A DNA stretch of 64,000 nucleotides from a virus (Duplodnaviria > Caudoviricetes). Positions 59,219-64,000 of this stretch are shown here, piece by piece (the first letter of the stretch is position 1; the number at the start of each line of letters is the position of its first letter). The translations under genes and the position numbers were made by a program. The DNA is taken from the IMG/VR virus record IMGVR_UViG_3300031993_000007. One strand, written 5' to 3'. The notes beneath the pieces are model-generated. The model ran no database searches. It saw nothing but the letters and a program-made list of their open reading frames with translations, and had not been told where the DNA came from.

Positions 59219-60664
59219 ATGAACAAAATTCCTTCATATAATGTCTCGTACATCGTAAACTATCCACCAGCCGGATCAGATCGAATCGGATGTAGACGGC
59301 ATTGTTCTTATTGCAATTGGAACAAGCTCAACAGTCAAACCGGATTTACGGAGTCTCTTCCAGACTCTAATCTTGGGAAATCCTATTATACCGTGGCCAG
59401 ATCAGATGGAACTGTGTATGGACATAAAGTCATTACCATCAGCGGTGGCGGTGATCCGCTCTTTGATGTTCATCCAGACAAGATTCCTAATCATACTGCA
59501 AAGCTGATCGATGATTCTATTTTGCAAGGATATAGCGTCCGAATCATAACCAGAGAGATCGGCAAGGCTTTCTGTATTATGATGAACCACAAATTCAGAG
59601 ATCGAATTGGGTTTAGCTTTAGCATTGATCATCTACTGATCAAAGAACTTGAAGAAGAATTTTTGTATTCCACACGCAAGGAGCTATTCAAGCGAATTAC
59701 GAGCGCTACGTTGGATCCAGACCATCGCAGAGACTCATACGAATTTTCTATCGTAGCTGACACAGTACCTACTGCATACAGTCTTCAAGAAAAGCTTAAC
59801 GAATTTTTCACATTTTTGGGAGGACAGATCCTTCCTCCAAAGAGCGTCATCATAACCATTCGTGAGAACCTTCGGTCTATAGGACGCCTTAGGAATCATC
59901 CGGGCATGGGTCAGGAGATTTTGAAGCGGATAAAGAGACCTGAATGTGTAAAACTCAGGTGGCTTCCGGCCAGGATCTGTCTGAATGATAACCTTTATCT
60001 CATTCAGCCAATGAAGCTCTTTGATAATAAGAGTTTCATCTTTGGAACAGATATGCTCATAGACTTCAGCGAGCTATTTGGATATTGTAATGCCTTTGAT
60101 GCAGTGATTTATGGAAGCGCTGCTAGATCCTTTGCGCTTTGGGAATACTCTATTCGTCATCCAAACGTAAGGCCACAGCGTCCTGATCTCTACAGCTTTA
60201 GCGACTTCGATATATTTGTTCCCAACAATAGGATCGAAGAGCTTCTAAGCCTTTTGACTGGCAATAATCATTTTAGATTCAAAATCCACGAAGATCGGAT
60301 CATGGAATCTGCTATCTGGATGCGCAAGACCATATTGTACAGAAATATTGATCCATCTTTCAAGATATCAATCTATACAGTGATAGATATCAACAAGGCT
60401 AAGACTATAATCAGCGAAGCTGGACTGGGCATTGACCGTGTCTATGTAGAACATCTGACGGTTAAAACCTTCTCTGGATTTAAGATGAAAGACTTGGTCA
60501 GGGGTATTGGAAGGATTTTACCTCACCGATACAAATACCTATTCAAGAAGAAGAGAGATGAAGCACAGCTCCAGCATAACACAAAGCTTTGCAAGAAAGG
60601 TTGTAGAATTATTCCGTTGCCGTGGTATCTGAAGCCAATTCAATGGCTTTATGATAAACTGTAA
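59219..60664 (+). CDS. radical SAM domain fused to a Pol-beta-type nucleotidyltransferase-like domain
   Basis: CRRHCSYC and ISGGGDPL at the N-terminus; VIYGSAAR...SDFDIFV in the C-terminal half. Confidence 0.65.
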   Translation: MNKIPSYNVSYIVNYPPAGSDRIGCRRHCSYCNWNKLNSQTGFTESLPDSNLGKSYYTVARSDGTVYGHKVITISGGGDPLFDVHPDKIPNHTAKLIDDSILQGYSVRIITREIGKAFCIMMNHKFRDRIGFSFSIDHLLIKELEEEFLYSTRKELFKRITSATLDPDHRRDSYEFSIVADTVPTAYSLQEKLNEFFTFLGGQILPPKSVIITIRENLRSIGRLRNHPGMGQEILKRIKRPECVKLRWLPARICLNDNLYLIQPMKLFDNKSFIFGTDMLIDFSELFGYCNAFDAVIYGSAARSFALWEYSIRHPNVRPQRPDLYSFSDFDIFVPNNRIEELLSLLTGNNHFRFKIHEDRIMESAIWMRKTILYRNIDPSFKISIYTVIDINKAKTIISEAGLGIDRVYVEHLTVKTFSGFKMKDLVRGIGRILPHRYKYLFKKKRDEAQLQHNTKLCKKGCRIIPLPWYLKPIQWLYDKL

Positions 60665-60746
60665 AAAATAAGGAAGACTCTTGGGTCTTCCTTATTTTGT
60701 AAAAAAAAATAAAGCGGATCCACAAAGGGATCCGCCGAAGTATGGG

Positions 60747-60914
60747 TTATCGCCAAGAAGGCTTGAATCTGCCAGTTATCATGAATATGGCATCACGACA
60801 CCAGACTTTTGCCAAGCCTAATACAGCGAAAACTGATGCGCAACCGATCAGGCCCATAACGAGCCCAAAAGCGATTACTATCATTATTCCAATTACCTCT
60901 AAATAAACGAGCAT
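60747..60914 (-). CDS. small membrane protein
   Basis: AAGGAGG SD; long hydrophobic stretch. Confidence 0.55.
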   Translation of the reverse strand: MLVYLEVIGIMIVIAFGLVMGLIGCASVFAVLGLAKVWCRDAIFMITGRFKPSWR

Positions 60915-60974
60915 GTGTACCTCCTTATAATTGCTCATAATTTATTAAATGCCCGGATCATAGTAATTTACGAA

Positions 60975-62030
60975 AAAAAGAACAACGCAGACAGTCGCCA
61001 AACCATCTTTATCTTAGAGCAAATTGGCGTTCGCCCTATTAGTCATTCTTTTTCGCATCCCTTTCAGGACACTGCCTAGCCATATTTATCCTACGCCTGT
61101 TAACGATCGGAAGAATTTAGGCTTGTGTCAATCACGATTACCGTTTGCTAGACGGAGGCATCCTCGCAATAAGCCAAAGATTATAGCAACAATTTCGAAC
61201 TTGCCGCCACTATTGATAAACGTTTTACGGGTAACCTTTGGCAGTACTCCAACCTTAACCCTGCAAGCAGGGAGGCGCCGCCGTTTAGCACCTTACTAAC
61301 GATAGGCGGCAGGTCTTCCTTCCAGGAATCTCATGACACACGAGATTGCGCCAAACAAATGGCACCCATGCCTGGATAGGCCTTTATGATCAGTCTTTTG
61401 CCTTCAAACGGCTGGTACATAAAGTTTCAAACTTCATATACCTCTGAAGAAGCCGAGGCTGATACCAGCTTCAACAGACTGCCTCCCACACAATGGTCAT
61501 ACTCACACCATTATTTATGGTCGCCCAGCTATTCGGGAGATAGCTACACGACTCACTTCCATCAAGAATGACGACGTTTCCTCCGGCAGAAGATTATCCA
61601 TTGTCGCTCCCTCTCAGAGAAGTGATCCACTTTGCACATAACAGAATTTGGAAGTAAGGCACTCTAAGCCGCACTGCGCTGGATAACGACTTTTAACTTC
61701 CGTGTGACACAAGATTTCCGAGGATATAAGAGGCAACTTTCCCAGTACTTTCATTCTGTGTGATGCCCTCTCGGGCCGTTCCGAAGCTTATTGCCGAAAT
61801 GGTGTTCCTACCACAGCGGTCTTAGGATCGCAATCGAAGTTAATCGAAAGGATCCTCACCATAGTGACATCTTTAGCATCATTGGCAATCAGCTCTACCT
61901 TACCGTTCCTTAGGATTCATCCGGAAATGAAACTTGGGAAGACCTTCGCGGCCCTCCTGGATTTGGCAGGGATAAAGAATCTACGGGAAACCGTCAGAAG
62001 AGTAAGACAGTCTTCTCGCACTTTCTTCAT
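60975..62030 (-). ncRNA. candidate large structured non-coding RNA (~1.06 kb)
   Basis: No credible ORF; many hairpins with GNRA loops on the minus strand; three 9-bp long-range complementary pairs; the two ends are complementary; TATATTT upstream and U tract downstream. Confidence 0.75.
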
Positions 62031-62064
62031 CAGATTTAAATATAGATTCAATCACAAGAGATAT

Positions 62065-62090
62065 ACGGATATAGATTGCTCTATATCCGC
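62065..62090 (-). terminator. hairpin after nrdG
   Basis: cggatatag-a-gcaa-t-ctatatccg stem on the minus strand; weak U tract. Confidence 0.55.
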
Positions 62091-62095
62091 ACAAT

Positions 62096-62602
62096 TTAAG
62101 CTGAGTACGCTTCTGTGATACTTCTATCATGAAGGTTTATAATTCTTTGATTGCGGCTTCCTCTAAACCTTAGAGTAATATCTCGTTCAGTCTTAAGGTA
62201 TGGGCCATCAACCAGTACGTCTGCAAGTTCAAGAATTTCTTTAATACCTAATTCTGTTTCAGATCGCTTTTTTAGATCCTCATAAGTAGATCCGCTATAG
62301 ATCCACACAGATTTATTGGGATTCATCTTCTTAACCAAAGTGATCAAGGCCAGAATATCCGGACGATTTTCAGGTTCAAAAGGTTCCCCGCCGAGGATGG
62401 ATAGACCAGCGATGTATTCAGGTTTTAGGCTTTCAAGAATCTCATTGCTTTCAGTCGGGGTGAACTCCTTACCAGATTTAAAATCCCATGCTTCAAAGTT
62501 ATGGCATCCCGGACAATGGATCCTACAGCCGCTGACGTATAATGCTGTACGAATGCCAATTCCATCTACAGTATCAAAGTACTTGATCGATGAGTAATTC
62601 AT
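62096..62602 (-). CDS. nrdG: anaerobic ribonucleotide reductase activating protein
   Basis: DG.GIR..LYVSGC..HC.GCHN, ILGGEP, DVLVDG.Y, FRGS.NQRII. Confidence 0.96.
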   Translation of the reverse strand: MNYSSIKYFDTVDGIGIRTALYVSGCRIHCPGCHNFEAWDFKSGKEFTPTESNEILESLKPEYIAGLSILGGEPFEPENRPDILALITLVKKMNPNKSVWIYSGSTYEDLKKRSETELGIKEILELADVLVDGPYLKTERDITLRFRGSRNQRIINLHDRSITEAYSA

Positions 62603-62682
62603 TTCATTCTCCTTAAATTAGGCAAAAGGTAATATAAATCTCCGTAGAGCACTAGAACCCTACGGAGATTGAGATAGGACAC

Positions 62683-63600
62683 TTATACAGCAGTATTGGA
62701 GAAGTTTATGTGTTCGACACGATCTCCAATATCTTCCATTCTTCCTTGAGCACACTCTTCAGCATTACCTAGATACCCACAGATACGCCTGACAACATTC
62801 ATTTTATCCTTATTAGTATTTCCACAGGCGCATTTCCAGATAAGCTTTCCTTCTGGACTGCGAATCATACTGATCGTACCAACACCGCCACAGACGTGGC
62901 ACCAATCAAGTTTGCAGTTTACTTCAGCATATATTGTGGTGTCATAGAAGCTAAGTATCAAAGCTTCAAGAGCTTCCAAGTTGTTAACCATGTTCGGAGT
63001 TTCTACATAGGAGATAGCTCCGCCTGGGCTTAACAGCTGAAATTCACTTTCAAACTTGATCTTCGAGAAGGCATCGATCTTTTCAAACACCGGAACATGA
63101 TAGGAATTTGTAACAAAATTTCTATCAGTAATTCCTTTAACAACTCCAAAATCTCTTTTGCAGGCTCTGGAGAATTTAGAAGTCGTGTTTTCGATCGGAG
63201 TGCCGTAGACACTGTAAGCAATGTCTTCTTCTTCCTTCCATTTAGCACAGCAGTCATTCATCTTCTGCATGACCTTGAGAGCAAATTCCTTACCACGAGG
63301 ATCGGTATGGCTGTAGCCAGTCATGTACTTCGTAGCTTCGTAGATACCTGCATAGCCAAGAGAAATGGTAGAATAACCGCCCTTCAGAAGTTTGTCAATG
63401 GTTTCGCCTTTCTTCAAACGAGCGATGGCTCCATGCTGCCACAAGATCGGTGCAACATCGCTTGGCGTTCCAAGCAGATGTTCATGACGAACTCGAAGAG
63501 CACGATGGGCAAGATCCAAAACTTCGTCGAACTTTTTCCAGAAAAGCTTTTCATCCTTCTTGCTGCTCATGGCAATATACGGAAGATTTAATGTTACAAC
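62683..63600 (-). CDS. nrdD: anaerobic ribonucleoside-triphosphate reductase, 3' exon
   Basis: VVTLNLP, TISLGYAG, YGTP.E, TNSYHV, GGAISY, C-terminal RRICGYLG glycyl-radical motif; begins right after the intron 3' G. Confidence 0.93.
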   Translation of the reverse strand, partial: VVTLNLPYIAMSSKKDEKLFWKKFDEVLDLAHRALRVRHEHLLGTPSDVAPILWQHGAIARLKKGETIDKLLKGGYSTISLGYAGIYEATKYMTGYSHTDPRGKEFALKVMQKMNDCCAKWKEEEDIAYSVYGTPIENTTSKFSRACKRDFGVVKGITDRNFVTNSYHVPVFEKIDAFSKIKFESEFQLLSPGGAISYVETPNMVNNLEALEALILSFYDTTIYAEVNCKLDWCHVCGGVGTISMIRSPEGKLIWKCACGNTNKDKMNVVRRICGYLGNAEECAQGRMEDIGDRVEHINFSNTAV

Positions 63601-64000
63601 CATTTATACCCGACCTTTCGGTCTATTTTGTAGGGATTAGAGTACACCTTGATCCAATCTTTTGTCTGGTCTAATTGGAAATCTAAAATCTTTTAAAGAT
63701 TCTCGATGATACTTACCGGTATTTATACAACTAACTTGTTTTAATCGTACGTTATATTTATTAGCAATTTCTTGCTGGTTCATATTAGCACAATTTAAAA
63801 GGTCGTTAGCTATAAGTCTTGCGGTGCCATCGCTTAGATGAGCAAAGCATTTTTCCCTTATAGGATATTCGACACCTTTTAAGGGGTAGCAATCACCGTT
63901 ATTTATCTTTTTAATAGTAAACGGATGACAGCTAAATTTGCTTGCTATATCTTTATAAGTAAGATTTGTATCTTTCAGTAGCTTAACAATTTCGTTTATT
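63601..64000 (-). mobile_element. group I intron in nrdD (3' part; extends beyond the window)
   Basis: Minus strand shows an S-like aaggtgtactct, P9 hairpin gacc-gaaa-ggtc, and terminal ...aaatG immediately before GTT GTA ACA (VVT). Confidence 0.8.
63637..63999 (-). CDS. C-terminal part of intron-encoded homing endonuclease (repeated HTH modules)
   Basis: Translates INEIVKLLKDTNLTYKDIASKF...INNG...YPIR...QQEIANKYNV...INTG...FPIR...*; not in the ORF track because its start lies outside the window. Confidence 0.7.
   Translation of the reverse strand: MNEIVKLLKDTNLTYKDIASKFSCHPFTIKKINNGDCYPLKGVEYPIREKCFAHLSDGTARLIANDLLNCANMNQQEIANKYNVRLKQVSCINTGKYHRESLKDFRFPIRPDKRLDQGVL

Noticed and set aside
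61560-61590. RNase P, tmRNA or rRNA identity for the large RNA (GAGGAAAC resembles GAGGAAAGUCC)
   Set aside because: The P4 consensus is not completed, there are no tRNA-like ends, and no rRNA universal motifs were recognised.
60975-62021. Group II intron (minus strand begins GUGCG at 62021)
   Set aside because: No domain V hairpin with an AGC/CGC triad near the 3' end, no interrupted host gene and no RT ORF nearby.
61024-62118. Short plus-strand ORFs 61024-61299, 61386-61571 and 61864-62118
   Set aside because: No SD, atypical composition, and they lie antisense to the structured element.
1-64000. tRNA genes, CRISPR array, diversity-generating retroelement
   Set aside because: No cloverleaf with T-loop consensus, no regularly spaced repeats, and no reverse transcriptase or adenine-variant repeat pair seen by eye; a tRNAscan run would be needed to be certain.

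Overview
This 64-kb window is a fragment of a jumbo bacteriophage genome of the phiKZ/AR9(PBS1)-like type, read in the standard genetic code; its host is probably an anaerobe (NrdD/NrdG, three more radical SAM proteins). It encodes split multisubunit RNA polymerase subunits: a large beta N-terminal part, a small beta C-terminal part, and a beta' subunit whose catalytic NGDYDG^D motif is interrupted by a group I intron carrying a homing endonuclease. It also carries host-like genes (ACP, guanylate kinase, IF-1, HU-like protein, RusA), a small divergent PolB-like protein, large virion genes including a 2.3-kaa tape-measure/M15 peptidase, a glycosyltransferase/Stealth cluster embedded in a tail-fibre locus, a GC-rich tail-fibre tip insertion, a radical SAM-nucleotidyltransferase fusion, and nrdG/nrdD with a second group I intron. 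The most striking unexplained element is a ~1.06-kb ORF-free, heavily base-paired, multiply pseudoknotted RNA candidate on the minus strand at ~60975-62030. Two recurring promoter motifs are visible: TATATTA (early-like) and AACW-N4-ATTR (AR9 late-like spacing). All calls come from motif recognition by eye; no searches or folding programs were run.
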